This document shows, piece after piece, positions 25,407-35,252 of a DNA stretch of 64,000 nt (position 1 is the stretch's first letter; every line of letters starts with the position of its first letter). The position numbers and the translations under genes are program-made. A model generated the notes under the pieces. It did not search any database. It was given only the letters and a program-made list of their open reading frames with translations, and was not told the origin of the DNA. The stretch lies in NCBI GenBank assembly GCA_040880705.1, contig JBBDHU010000006.1, positions 422,832 to 486,831 on the forward strand, read 5' to 3'. Source of the stretch: Actinomycetota bacterium (GTDB lineage: Bacteria > Actinomycetota > UBA4738 > JBBDHU01).

Positions 25407-27455
25407 ATGAGCAACGCCGCCCCCAACAGGCTGGCGGACGAGACCAGCCCCTATCTCCTCCAACATGCGCACAACCCCGTCGACTGGTACCCGTGGGGCC
25501 AGGATGCCCTGAAACGGGCGGAAGGCGAGGACAAACCGATCCTGATCTCGGTCGGCTACGCGGCCTGCCACTGGTGCCACGTCATGGAAAAGGAGTCGTT
25601 CGAGGACGAAGAGACGGCAGCGTTCATGAACGAACACTTCGTCTCCATCAAGGTCGATAGAGAAGAGCGACCGGATGTCGACTCCATCTATATGGACGCG
25701 GTCCAGGCGATGACGGGAAGCGGCGGCTGGCCCATGACCGTCTTCGCGACGCCAGAGGGCGAACCGTTTTACGCGGGTACCTACTTTCCGAAGGAAGACG
25801 CCCACGGCATGCCGGCGTTCCGGCGCGTCATGGAGGCGATCGCCGAGCTTTGGCGGGAGAAACGCGATGAGATAACCGAGCAAGCAGGCAAGGTCATCCA
25901 AGGAATCGAGGCCGCGACCGGGCTGAGCGAATCGAATGACGAGCTAACTGAAGACATCCTCCGTTCCGCACACAGTGCGCTCAAGCAAAACTTCGACGCG
26001 GAATGGGGCGGCTTCGGAGGTGCCCCGAAGTTCCCGCAACCGATGACGCTGGAGTTTCTCCTTCGGTGCCATCTGCGGGGCTACGAGTCTTCTCTGGACA
26101 TGGCGCGCCGCACTCTGGACAAGATGGCGGGCGGCGGCATCTACGATCAGGTCGGGGGCGGATTCCACCGTTACTCGGTGGATCGTCATTGGCTGGTTCC
26201 GCACTTCGAGAAGATGCTCTACGACAACGCACAGCTCGCGCGCCTGTACACCCATGCATGGCAGATCACACGAGAGGACCGGTATCGCCGCGTCGCCGTG
26301 GAGACCATGGAATACATGTTGCGCGAGATGCGTCACCCGCAAGGGGGCTTCTACTCCTCCCAAGACGCCGACTCGGAAGGCGAGGAGGGGAAGTTCTTCA
26401 CTTGGTCTTGGGACGACCTCGTTCGAGTCGCCGGCCGGAACGCGGCGGCATTCTTCGGAGCTACGCTCGAGGGCAACTGGGACGGGACGAACGTTCTTTG
26501 GACGCCGCTTGCCCTAGAGGCGGCGGCCGAGAAGCTCCGCGTCCATCCCTCGGATCTGACACGCGAGGTTGAACAAGCACGCGGCGCGCTCTTCGAGGAA
26601 CGCGAGAAACGCGTTCGCCCTGGCACCGACGATAAGATCCTCGCGTCTTGGAACGGCCTGGCGATCGCCGCGCTGGCCGAAGCCGGCCGGATCCTCGGCG
26701 AGGAACGGTATCTCGAAGCCGCAGGGCAGGCCGCCGACTTCGTCCTCGATCACCTGCGGGGCGCGAACGGACGCCTGCTTAGGAGCTGGCGCGACGGCCG
26801 CCCCGGCGGACCGGCCTATTCCGACGATTACGCGCTGATGTCGGACGCCTGCCTGATCCTTTACGAAGCCACCGGCGAGCCTCGATACTTCCGCGAATCC
26901 CGGTCGCTCGGTGAAGACCTCGTGAAGCTATTTCGGGATGAGGAACGAGGCGGTTTCTTCCTGACGGGATCCGACGCGGAGCCGCTCGTCGTTCGCCCGA
27001 AGGACCTGTTCGACAACGCGATGCCGTCCGGGAATTCGGCGGCTGCGATGGCCTTGCAACGTCTCGCTCTGCTCATTGGCGACGCGGAGCTGGAGAGCGC
27101 CGGCGTCTCGGCACTTCGGATCGTTAGGGAACCTATGGCGAACGCGCCGACCGGTTTCGGCTATGCGCTTTGTGCGCTGCATCTGTACTTGGGCCCGGCC
27201 CGCGAGATCGCGATCGTGGGGCCGCCCGGTTCCGGCGAAGTTGAGCAACTCGTATCAGATGTATGGAGCAGGTTCATGCCGAATCGAGTGCTCGCAGTCG
27301 CACCGCCGGAGGTCGCGGGAGGCGCTGCGGAGGTGAAACTCTTAAAGGACAGGCCGATGGTCGACGGCAAGGCGACCGCCTACGTGTGCGAACGGTTCGT
27401 GTGCAAACGCCCCGTCACCGATCCGCAGGAGCTGGCGCGGCAGCTGGAAGCCTAA
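25407..27455 (+). CDS. thioredoxin-domain protein of the DUF255/YyaL family (N-terminal Trx fold + six-hairpin glycosidase-like domain)
   Basis: N-terminus [55 protein letters not shown] is diagnostic for DUF255/SSP411-like proteins. Length is 682 aa. Confidence 0.85.
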   Translation: MSNAAPNRLADETSPYLLQHAHNPVDWYPWGQDALKRAEGEDKPILISVGYAACHWCHVMEKESFEDEETAAFMNEHFVSIKVDREERPDVDSIYMDAVQAMTGSGGWPMTVFATPEGEPFYAGTYFPKEDAHGMPAFRRVMEAIAELWREKRDEITEQAGKVIQGIEAATGLSESNDELTEDILRSAHSALKQNFDAEWGGFGGAPKFPQPMTLEFLLRCHLRGYESSLDMARRTLDKMAGGGIYDQVGGGFHRYSVDRHWLVPHFEKMLYDNAQLARLYTHAWQITREDRYRRVAVETMEYMLREMRHPQGGFYSSQDADSEGEEGKFFTWSWDDLVRVAGRNAAAFFGATLEGNWDGTNVLWTPLALEAAAEKLRVHPSDLTREVEQARGALFEEREKRVRPGTDDKILASWNGLAIAALAEAGRILGEERYLEAAGQAADFVLDHLRGANGRLLRSWRDGRPGGPAYSDDYALMSDACLILYEATGEPRYFRESRSLGEDLVKLFRDEERGGFFLTGSDAEPLVVRPKDLFDNAMPSGNSAAAMALQRLALLIGDAELESAGVSALRIVREPMANAPTGFGYALCALHLYLGPAREIAIVGPPGSGEVEQLVSDVWSRFMPNRVLAVAPPEVAGGAAEVKLLKDRPMVDGKATAYVCERFVCKRPVTDPQELARQLEA

Positions 27456-27464
27456 GCGGGTTCG

Positions 27465-28685
27465 TCAGGCTTTTCCGGACAGGTTCTCGGGCGGACGGAT
27501 GTACTCAAAGTGCATCCCGTCAGGGACGAGCCACGCGCCACCCCATGTGAACCCCCATTTGCTGAAAACGTCGACGATCCGCCGGTCTTGGTCGGGCTGG
27601 GTGCCGAACGGGTTGCGGGAGACGTTCACGTCGAGCGCGATCCCCCAGGCATGGTGGGAGATCCCGAGTCCGGGGACGCGGTTGATGAACCTCGGCGAGT
27701 AACAACCGCCGTAGTCACCGGGATCGACGAGGTGAGCGAGTCCGGAGCGTTTGATCTCTCGCATTGCTCCTTCGAGCTGGGAGAGGATCGCCCGGTTGCA
27801 TAGAACCCGGCCGATGATCGGAACTGTGTCCCGTTTGATGTTCGCGTGTTCCCATCCCGGCGACATCCGAAGGAACCCACCTGCAGCCCGGCGGGCGGCG
27901 AACTCACCGAACAACGACTTGAGGGTTACGGGTGGGAGAACGGCATCGCCTTGCCGGAAGAACGGAGTAGTACCGGGAAGCCGAACCTGCATAGGAGTTC
28001 CCGGCGGAAGGATCGTTCCGAGCCGTGTCCGGACGCGCCCGGCGCGGGCTCCTGGCCGTGGAGCAACAAGCGCGTAGCGAGGCCGCAGCTCTCCGCCGCG
28101 GGCGGTCAGCTTTGCGGCCGTGCGCCGGGATGCGAGCAGCTCATGCGCCCCCAGCAGCTCGTCCGAGAGAACGCCCGCGACCTTCACCTTTCGCTTTCCG
28201 AAACTGAGCGTGGCCCCGGTTCCAAGATTTCGAAGCTCGGCCGAAGTCTCACCGAGAACGACGCGCCCCTCGTCCAGATCCAGCAGCACGCGTCGTGCCC
28301 CCGGCGGAAGGAACGGCCGGTACGGATCGGTCGCCACGCCTGCCACCTCGAGCGGAATCGCGTAGCCGCCTCGTGGGTTGTCGACCAGCGGGCCGCTCGC
28401 GGAGTGGGATGCAGTCAGCCAAGCCGTGCCGCTGCTCACGACGACCGCGTGATCGACCGCGTCGAGGCGGCGCGCCTTCGCGGCGAACCCCGGAGGCATC
28501 ATTCCGGGAGTCCACGCGAGCATCGTCTCCAGCGGTGGTTTTTCTAACCGCTTCACAGGCTCGATGGGACGTCCGGTTCTTCCGGGAACGACGGCGGATC
28601 CCTGAACGGCGAGCATTAGCGTCGCTCCCATGACCAGTCCGGCGAGACCGGCACCGAGCCGGGCACTCCAGGAACGGAGACTCAC
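27465..28685 (-). CDS. secreted peptidase M15 family protein (D-alanyl-D-alanine carboxypeptidase / VanY-like C-terminal domain)
   Basis: N-terminal signal/TM region. The C-terminus has SHHAWGIALDVN...WGFTWGGAW..PDGMHFEY, the zinc-binding H-x-D-x-H signature region of M15 peptidases. Confidence 0.7.
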   Translation of the reverse strand: MSLRSWSARLGAGLAGLVMGATLMLAVQGSAVVPGRTGRPIEPVKRLEKPPLETMLAWTPGMMPPGFAAKARRLDAVDHAVVVSSGTAWLTASHSASGPLVDNPRGGYAIPLEVAGVATDPYRPFLPPGARRVLLDLDEGRVVLGETSAELRNLGTGATLSFGKRKVKVAGVLSDELLGAHELLASRRTAAKLTARGGELRPRYALVAPRPGARAGRVRTRLGTILPPGTPMQVRLPGTTPFFRQGDAVLPPVTLKSLFGEFAARRAAGGFLRMSPGWEHANIKRDTVPIIGRVLCNRAILSQLEGAMREIKRSGLAHLVDPGDYGGCYSPRFINRVPGLGISHHAWGIALDVNVSRNPFGTQPDQDRRIVDVFSKWGFTWGGAWLVPDGMHFEYIRPPENLSGKA

Positions 28686-30604
28686 GGTGTCTCCATCGAA
28701 TCCGCGATCGCAACCAAGTTGCGAAGATCAAGTCCGGGCGCGGTGACGGAACGGTAAACGCCGTCCTCGACCCATTCCAGCTCCTGGCGGTCGGGCGACC
28801 AGCGCCCGGTCTCCCCGCGAACAAGTACCGCGGTCGCGGAGCCACTCGAAGGAGGAATCTGTTCGCCGGGCGCTTGGTGGATGCGCAACCCGAATCCGGC
28901 CGGCTCGGATCCTTCCCGGGAATAGAACATCGTGACGCCGCTTGCATCTTCGAACGTGACTATTTCCGCTGCGACGAGCTTGAACGCCCCTGGGAGGTAT
29001 CGCGGCATGAGAACCGTGAACCCCGCCCGTCGCTGGGCCTCGGCCGGGGACACGAGCTCGACCGTCAGGTCCCCCTCGCGCCGGATCCTCCACGCTTCGG
29101 GGATTTCCTCGCCGCGGATGGGTATCGACGCCGCGACGTCGAGCAATTCCGACCGGGGAAGGTTCGACTCCACGTACAGATCCCAACCGCTTGCGTGGAT
29201 CGCAACGCGGCGGCCCCATTGCCCGGCCGCCGGCTCGTAGTACGCGATACCGCCCCCGGGAAGCTCGACCCGTTCCGCGAACTCGTCGACGGGGCCGAAG
29301 AAGGTCTCCCCGCCGTGCGACCGCGTCTCGCGCGCCTTCAGCCACGCCAGCCCGCGGGCGTAGGACAGCACCGCTTCGTCGGAGCCCGCGAAGCGGCCGA
29401 ACCGATACGGCGCCAACCCCAAAAGGCGGGCGGGTTCGACGGGCTCGTAGCCGACGACATCGGCGAGTTCGGCTTTCGTGAGATCCGTGAATCCCTCGTC
29501 GCGCCCAGCCGAGTCGACTGAGAACCTGCGTTCTTCCGGCGGCGCCAGCGAAAGAGATGTGAGGCGAACGTCGAGCACCGAATCTCCGGGCCGATCCTGT
29601 AAGCCCGCGGCCGCGGCCCAGGCCGACCGATCCTCGCCCCCGCCGGCGGTCACAGTGAACCCGAGCGGGAACCAACTCTCACTGTCGAGCCACAAGAGGA
29701 CTCTGTCCGAGGGGTATAGCGGCCGCCAGGATCCGGCTTGCTGGAAGAATGCGAAAAGCGGCGCGGCGTCGCGCGCGGACAACCCGACGAGAACGGCCGG
29801 GCGACCGGCTACCTCGTCCTCGCCCAGAACATCCACCCGGCTGGAGCCGGCCAGCGCGGTCATCGGCAGGACGATGTCGGTGGGCATCGGCGCGTCGGCA
29901 TCGAACGGCGGACGGCCGGTGACGGTCTCCGATACCGATCGAACCTCAGTCGGGCATTCGGTAGTTGCGGCGCGAATGCACACCTCCGGTCCTTGTAACA
30001 TCCAGCGTTCGCCGCTAACGATCAGCTGCGAGTCGTTGCGCAGCCCGATCTCAGGCGGGTACTTCGTCTCGTCGTCGACGTCCACGCGGAACATCTCCGG
30101 CGAATCGAACGCGACGCGCACTTCGAAACGGCGCTCGGGAACCTCCGGCTGCCAGTTCCTCTCGACGATTCGATAGTTCGCCTGGTAGCCGTCGATCTCG
30201 AATGCCGCCGACGCGATCTCGTGAGGTATGTCCTGCGCCAGCGCGGGACCGGCTCCACGCGGAATCACGCCGGCCGTGACGATGGCGACCCCCACCAGCG
30301 CGCCGACAACCGCGGCCGCCATCAGCGAGCGAAGATTCAGCCGGCGCGGCCGCGAAGCCCCGGGCATGCGAACGACGGGTGCCCGCTCCGCTTCCTCCCT
30401 GACGCGGGCCATGATCGGTTCGACCAGGTCGGGAACGGGCCCGGCGACGCGCACCCTGGCACCGGCTCGGACTCGCCGGGCCGTGGATGCGAACCTCGAG
30501 CAATCCGGGCAGGTCTCGACATGCAGCCGGGCTTCGGGCGTCAGCGCGCGATCCTCGCCGTCAATGGACGCCGAGAACGCGAGCTGCGCCTCCTTACAGT
30601 TCAT
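28682..30604 (-). CDS. anti-sigma factor (N-terminal zf-HC2 zinc-finger anti-sigma domain, single TM, roughly 540-aa extracytoplasmic domain)
   Basis: N-terminus MNCKEAQLAFSASIDGEDR...HVETCPDCSRF has the H-x3-C-x2-C zf-HC2 pattern. A TM follows at AAAVVGALVGVAIVTAGVI. The start overlaps the stop of the ECF sigma gene by 11 nt. Confidence 0.7.
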   Translation of the reverse strand: MNCKEAQLAFSASIDGEDRALTPEARLHVETCPDCSRFASTARRVRAGARVRVAGPVPDLVEPIMARVREEAERAPVVRMPGASRPRRLNLRSLMAAAVVGALVGVAIVTAGVIPRGAGPALAQDIPHEIASAAFEIDGYQANYRIVERNWQPEVPERRFEVRVAFDSPEMFRVDVDDETKYPPEIGLRNDSQLIVSGERWMLQGPEVCIRAATTECPTEVRSVSETVTGRPPFDADAPMPTDIVLPMTALAGSSRVDVLGEDEVAGRPAVLVGLSARDAAPLFAFFQQAGSWRPLYPSDRVLLWLDSESWFPLGFTVTAGGGEDRSAWAAAAGLQDRPGDSVLDVRLTSLSLAPPEERRFSVDSAGRDEGFTDLTKAELADVVGYEPVEPARLLGLAPYRFGRFAGSDEAVLSYARGLAWLKARETRSHGGETFFGPVDEFAERVELPGGGIAYYEPAAGQWGRRVAIHASGWDLYVESNLPRSELLDVAASIPIRGEEIPEAWRIRREGDLTVELVSPAEAQRRAGFTVLMPRYLPGAFKLVAAEIVTFEDASGVTMFYSREGSEPAGFGLRIHQAPGEQIPPSSGSATAVLVRGETGRWSPDRQELEWVEDGVYRSVTAPGLDLRNLVAIADSMETP

Positions 30605-31124
30605 TGGTTTCCTCCACGTCCGCGAGCGCCGACATCAGCTCGGCGCGCGCGCGGTGCACGCGGCTCTTCACGGTTCCGACCTTCGTCGACAGAACGACTG
30701 CGGCGTCGGCGTAGGGCAGCCCGAAGACTTCGACCAAGAGAAACGGTTCGCGAAGCTTCGGGACCAGCGATTCGATCGCCAGATCGATCTCCACCCGAGA
30801 CTGGTGATCGGGCACCGGCGCCACCGGAGTGTCGGGCGGCGGCCTCGCGGCTTTCCGTGTGGCGTCCATGGCGCAGTTCCTGGTGATCGCGAAGAGCCAG
30901 GACGAGAACTTCGAATCTCCGCGGAACGAGCCAAGAAACCGGAACGCGCGCAAGAAGGCCTCCTGCGTGATGTCGTCCGCGAGGTGCGGATCGCGGGCCA
31001 GGGAGCAGGCGAATCGCCACACGTCGCCTTGATATGCGCGAACCAGAGTTTCGAACGCGCCGAGGTCCCCCGCCTTCGCCAGGCGGAGCAGTCCCGGATC
31101 GGGTTCCTGCATTCCCTCTCCCAT
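30594..31124 (-). CDS. ECF-type RNA polymerase sigma-70 factor
   Basis: Region 2 (DDITQEAFLRAFRFLGSFRGDSKFSSWLFAITRNCAMD) and region 4 (YADAAVVLSTKVGTVKSRVHRAR) signatures are present, in 176 aa. Confidence 0.85.
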   Translation of the reverse strand: MGEGMQEPDPGLLRLAKAGDLGAFETLVRAYQGDVWRFACSLARDPHLADDITQEAFLRAFRFLGSFRGDSKFSSWLFAITRNCAMDATRKAARPPPDTPVAPVPDHQSRVEIDLAIESLVPKLREPFLLVEVFGLPYADAAVVLSTKVGTVKSRVHRARAELMSALADVEETNEL

Positions 31125-31163
31125 TTGAGGCGGGCGATCTCCAGACTACGCGTCGGTACACAC

Positions 31164-32939
31164 TCAGCTCGCCTTCCGTGCCATCTCCATGCCGGAGGCG
31201 ACCGCGAGCAGTTCATTCAGTTCGAGGGTTCCCGAAACGCTGTAGGGAGCGGTGAAGTCTCCTTCGTCCGCCGGCCAGATCACCTCTGGCCTCATCCCCC
31301 ACTGTTCGACGGAACGACGGCTGCTCATGTCGCCGGGGGTACCCGCGACTTCGACCGGAATTGGGTCACCGCCGCAGCCGAACCCCGACTCCCCGTAACT
31401 GATCGTGAGAAGGTTCGCCTTCCCGTCGTGAGGGAACATGAGACGTAGCGAACCTGTCGCGCGTCCGTTCCAGCTCCACGCATCCACGGGACGTGGGGCG
31501 AGCTTGGCACCGGCCGGAACCGCAGTGACGGGGAGGACGTTCACGGTTAGCGCCTGGTCGAGGAACCGCACCGCCTGCCCGACCGTTCGGATGGGACGAA
31601 TGGGAGAAGTAGCGCCGGCCTCGGCCACCACGCGACCTTGCTGAGTACTCACCGCTACGCCGAGGTGCCTGAACACGTAGTGACCTCGATACGGCCCGAA
31701 GATCGTCGCCGGGATCAGCCACCCGTCACCGGCCGGCTTCGGGCGCTCCGTGGTAAATCCGAGCTTGCGACGGATCGGGATGACCTTATGATCGACCGGG
31801 CCCGCGGCCACGAGCGAACGCCCGTCGTTTTCTCCGCCCAGACTCTCGAGCCACATCTGCGCAGCCGCCAGTGCGCGCTCCGATGCGGGCGGTCCTGTAG
31901 ACGAAACGACGGGACTCCACACCGGGTTCCACGCGTAGTCGATGAACGTCCACCGTTTTGTCGAGGCATCCAGGAGACCGAGATCACGCTGCCCGCCTGA
32001 GTCGATCAGGTCGACACCCACCACGGATCCGTCGTTGGCCACCGCCGGCCGCCCGAACGGATCGATTCGGCGTTCGCCGGAGAGCGTCGAAACGAATTCG
32101 TCCCCGATGCGCTCCTCGACGGCAAGTTCGACGTCGCCGTCGTCGCGGCGAATGACGGCCATCGTCCGGCGCCCGATCCCCCAGAGTTGGTGGGACGGGA
32201 GGGCGACCGACAGGTCATCCGTATCGGAGGACAACCTCTTCGCCATTCCCCATTCACCCTTGCCGGGGCTGGACAAGTTGACGTCGGCGCCGTCCAGTGT
32301 TCCCGAAACCAAGCCTGCGGGCGACCAGGTCGGGGCCGGCCAACCTTCTCCGACCCGCGTGAGGTCGCCCGACTTGATTTCGAGCCGCCAGATGGCCGAT
32401 CCACCGTCGAAGGGATCGTCGCCCTGTGTCACAAGAGCGAACGCGAGCCGGCCGCCGCCGTAGGGTTCCCAGGTCAGCGCCCGGGCTTGCGCGCGGACGG
32501 CGCGGTCGCCGGCATTGATTGCGCCGACCTTGGTTGGGTCCGAGCCGTCCGCGCCGACCATCCATATCTCGTTGCCGTTCCGCAGAAACGCGATGGTTCG
32601 CGCGTCGGGCGAGAACGTGGGCGAAGAGATCCCCGGCATCGAGAACATCCTGTGCGGCTCGGAGCCGTCAGGCATCGCCCACCAAAGGTTGGTGCAACGA
32701 ACGAAAACCATTCCGCCTACGGGGTACACGCTGCGCGGATGCCTAGAAGCCGGGAACGGCGTAAACAGATCAAGGGAGTCGATCTCCGCCGCGGCTACAG
32801 GAGCCCGGTCCTTCGCAATAGATTCACCGCTGAGGATCTGGGTCGCCGCGATCGGCAGGACAATAGAAAGAGCCACGGCGATGACCATCCAAGGGCGGAA
32901 CCGGCTGACGGTCCTAACCGTTATCGGGTGAGTTCCCAT
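31164..32939 (-). CDS. secreted TolB-like / WD40-like beta-propeller domain protein with an additional C-terminal domain
   Basis: Signal-anchor near the N-terminus. Repeated segments (SPTFSPDARTIAFL, LTWEPYGGGRLAF, PTWSPAGL, NPVWSP) resemble TolB propeller blades. Length is 591 aa. Confidence 0.55.
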   Translation of the reverse strand: MGTHPITVRTVSRFRPWMVIAVALSIVLPIAATQILSGESIAKDRAPVAAAEIDSLDLFTPFPASRHPRSVYPVGGMVFVRCTNLWWAMPDGSEPHRMFSMPGISSPTFSPDARTIAFLRNGNEIWMVGADGSDPTKVGAINAGDRAVRAQARALTWEPYGGGRLAFALVTQGDDPFDGGSAIWRLEIKSGDLTRVGEGWPAPTWSPAGLVSGTLDGADVNLSSPGKGEWGMAKRLSSDTDDLSVALPSHQLWGIGRRTMAVIRRDDGDVELAVEERIGDEFVSTLSGERRIDPFGRPAVANDGSVVGVDLIDSGGQRDLGLLDASTKRWTFIDYAWNPVWSPVVSSTGPPASERALAAAQMWLESLGGENDGRSLVAAGPVDHKVIPIRRKLGFTTERPKPAGDGWLIPATIFGPYRGHYVFRHLGVAVSTQQGRVVAEAGATSPIRPIRTVGQAVRFLDQALTVNVLPVTAVPAGAKLAPRPVDAWSWNGRATGSLRLMFPHDGKANLLTISYGESGFGCGGDPIPVEVAGTPGDMSSRRSVEQWGMRPEVIWPADEGDFTAPYSVSGTLELNELLAVASGMEMARKAS

Positions 32940-32948
32940 GGAGTCCTC

Positions 32949-33737
32949 CTATCCGACCGGCTGTCGCTCTCGGCTAACTAACTTCGATCTTGTTGGGGCG
33001 AACGTCCTAGGGTCCGGCCGGATTCGCCGCGCTCTAAGGAGCAGCCCAAGCAGAACGAGCGCAATCAATCCCGCGGCAGCGCTTACTAGCCAGGGAAGAA
33101 GATCAGGAGAAGGCGATCGACGATCGGCAATCAATGCATCGCGCTCGGCGATCTCGGACGCCAAGACTCCAACCTGCTTGTCGAGAACACTCGAACGCCC
33201 GTGAACTTCATTCATCTCTCGCGCCAACCGTCCCGCGTCACGATTGGCGTCCCAACGCGCCTGCTGAAGGCGTTCTATCTGAGCGCGAAGCTGGGCCTCT
33301 AACTCGCTGGAGACAACCGTTATGGTGCCGCCCTCCAGGTCTCCGAAGCCGAGGCGGCAATTCGCGTTGCAGATTTCGACGAAGTAAGGACCCGGAACCA
33401 CGGGCGGAACGCGAAAGGAGACGGCTACAGCAAAGCTGTGGTGCGCTTGGAGGCGGCGCCCGATATGCAGAGTCCCAACATGAATCGCTCGAGGACTCAA
33501 GGTCTCACGCCGCCAGGCTTTCTCCCCCGGAACCATGAACACGTTGTAGGGGCCGTCTCGAATGGTTCCGTTGTAGTCGTCGAATGTCTCGACCCATTGC
33601 CCGCGCGCCGAAATCGTCTCTCCCGGCATCACGTACCCGTCTCCGAATTCGAGCGAGGTGCCCTTGGCCAAGACGACTCCTGGAGACCACAACGTCGCGC
33701 CACACACACACGCAGCCACCAGCCATTTCATTCGCAT
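32949..33737 (-). CDS. secreted protein with N-terminal signal peptide, central coiled-coil and C-terminal TM anchor
   Basis: MRMKWLVAACVCGATLWSPGVVLA is a signal peptide. The coiled-coil segment is ELEAQLRAQIERLQQARWDANRDAGRLAREMNEV. A TM helix LVSAAAGLIALVLLGLLL lies near the C-terminus. Confidence 0.5.
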   Translation of the reverse strand: MRMKWLVAACVCGATLWSPGVVLAKGTSLEFGDGYVMPGETISARGQWVETFDDYNGTIRDGPYNVFMVPGEKAWRRETLSPRAIHVGTLHIGRRLQAHHSFAVAVSFRVPPVVPGPYFVEICNANCRLGFGDLEGGTITVVSSELEAQLRAQIERLQQARWDANRDAGRLAREMNEVHGRSSVLDKQVGVLASEIAERDALIADRRSPSPDLLPWLVSAAAGLIALVLLGLLLRARRIRPDPRTFAPTRSKLVSRERQPVG

Positions 33738-33816
33738 CACACTTAGACGACACCGCGAGGGACTGGAAAGTTCGGCTAGGCTCTCCCGCGTGCTCGGAGA
33801 GCAGGAGGCGACGACC

Positions 33817-34002
33817 TTGGTTGTGGAGACCGTGGACGTCCATGGGGTGATCTACATGGACGTGACCCTGCGCTTTCCCGACGACGCGGTGGAGACGGCT
33901 CGCCTCGGGGTCGAATCCGTTCCCCAGGGACTTAGAGCGGCGGAGAAGGTGGTCGTCGTCCGCGCGGCCAACGTCGTGGTGTCCCTTCGCAGACCCGAGT
34001 AG
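33817..34002 (+). CDS. candidate small protein (61 aa, TTG start), unknown function
   Basis: In-frame TTG at 33817 sits 9 nt after GGAGAGCAGGAGG. The product LVVETVDVHGVIYMDVTLRFPDDAVETARLGVESVPQGLRAAEKVVVVRAANVVVSLRRPE has ordinary beta-rich composition, unlike the high-GC artefact ORFs. It fills the otherwise empty 290-nt gap before the cyclophilin gene. Confidence 0.25.
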   Translation: MVVETVDVHGVIYMDVTLRFPDDAVETARLGVESVPQGLRAAEKVVVVRAANVVVSLRRPE

Positions 34003-34029
34003 ACTCGGTCGCCCGAACCAGGAGGGCAC

Positions 34030-34542
34030 ATGCCGGCCGCCACTTTCGTGACCACGAAGGGATCTTTCCGGGTTCTGCTGATGCCTTCGCATGCCCCGAT
34101 AACCGTTGCGAACTTCACCGACCTTGCAACCGGAAAGAAAGAATGGACCGACCCCCGGGACGGTACGAAGAAAACAGAATCCCTCTACGAGGGCACGCTC
34201 TTTCATCGGGTGATCCCGGACTTCATGGTTCAAGGAGGAGACCCCGAGGGAACCGGACGCGGCGGTCCCGGCTATCGGTTCGAGGACGAAGTGCCTCCCG
34301 GCGGGCCTTCATTCGATCGCCCGGGACTGTTGGCAATGGCGAATGCGGGCCCGAACTCCAACGGTTCGCAGTTCTTCCTGACAGTTGAGCCGACGCCGTG
34401 GCTGACGGGCAAGCACACGATATTCGGGGAAGTCACTGAGAGCTACGACGTCCTGGAGGCGATCAGCAAGGTGCCGACCGGGCCAGGCGACAAGCCACTC
34501 GACGACGTCGTTCTCCGTTGGGTCGAAATAGAAGGCGTCTGA
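34030..34542 (+). CDS. peptidyl-prolyl cis-trans isomerase, cyclophilin type (cytoplasmic)
   Basis: Motifs FHRVIPDFMVQGGDP, GLLAMANAGPNSNGSQFFL and HTIFGEV are classical cyclophilin signatures. Confidence 0.9.
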   Translation: MPAATFVTTKGSFRVLLMPSHAPITVANFTDLATGKKEWTDPRDGTKKTESLYEGTLFHRVIPDFMVQGGDPEGTGRGGPGYRFEDEVPPGGPSFDRPGLLAMANAGPNSNGSQFFLTVEPTPWLTGKHTIFGEVTESYDVLEAISKVPTGPGDKPLDDVVLRWVEIEGV

Positions 34543-34725
34543 GCGCGATTACTGCGCGGCCGGCGATGGCGCCGTGGGTGACAGAGAAGGTGCGACGGCG
34601 GGTGAGGACCCCACGTCGAACTGGGGTGCCGGCGGCTCGTATGTGAGCGCCCCCAGGCCGAAGCCGACACCCATGCCGATCAGCAACACCAGGATCCAAA
34701 GGAGTGTTCGCTTCAACGCAAGGAC

Positions 34726-35169
34726 CTAGCGCTCTGACTCTGGAGTCGGCCCCAGAGCATCCCTGAATGCGACGGCCTGATTTCGCCATCGTCTCGAGAA
34801 GTAAAGGCCGGTAACTCCCTCGTCGTGGCGCAGGATGAGCAGCTGCGAGGCGTCTAACCGCTGCTTGAACTTAAGGATCGAACATTTGCTGCGTGGGTGT
34901 GATCCTTCGGCCTTATAGCCCCAAGGCCACGATTGCTTCATGATAATCACCCGCCGGTCTGTGAGTGCAACCTTGCATCGCTCGAACAAGTGGAGGGCCG
35001 ACCTGACCAGGGCGTCGGCGAATACGTCGACGTTCTCGCCGGGCTCCAAGAGGTCCGCGATCGCGTCGTCTATCGGCTGGTCGCTCGGAGCGGTGCCTCC
35101 CTCATCCATAACGGGAGGAATGCCGGCCATGTTAGGTGGGTCCTGCATGATTTCGCTCCCGTCTCCCAC
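34726..35169 (-). CDS. hypothetical protein (possible bacterial PH-like domain)
   Basis: 147-aa ORF with ordinary composition and an acidic N-terminus. No strong motif. Confidence 0.4.
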   Translation of the reverse strand: MGDGSEIMQDPPNMAGIPPVMDEGGTAPSDQPIDDAIADLLEPGENVDVFADALVRSALHLFERCKVALTDRRVIIMKQSWPWGYKAEGSHPRSKCSILKFKQRLDASQLLILRHDEGVTGLYFSRRWRNQAVAFRDALGPTPESER

Positions 35170-35252
35170 GCGATCGCTGCGGCGTCGCGAAGCTTAGCGC
35201 AGGTTGTCGCACGAAGGCAGGCTTTGCCACAACCCCGGCCACCCTGACCCAT

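Noticed and set aside
31164-32939. Calling the beta-propeller protein TolB of a Tol-Pal system
   Set aside because: There are no tolQ/tolR/tolA/pal neighbours, and the genomic context is monoderm-like (actinobacterial gene order). I kept it as a TolB-like propeller only.
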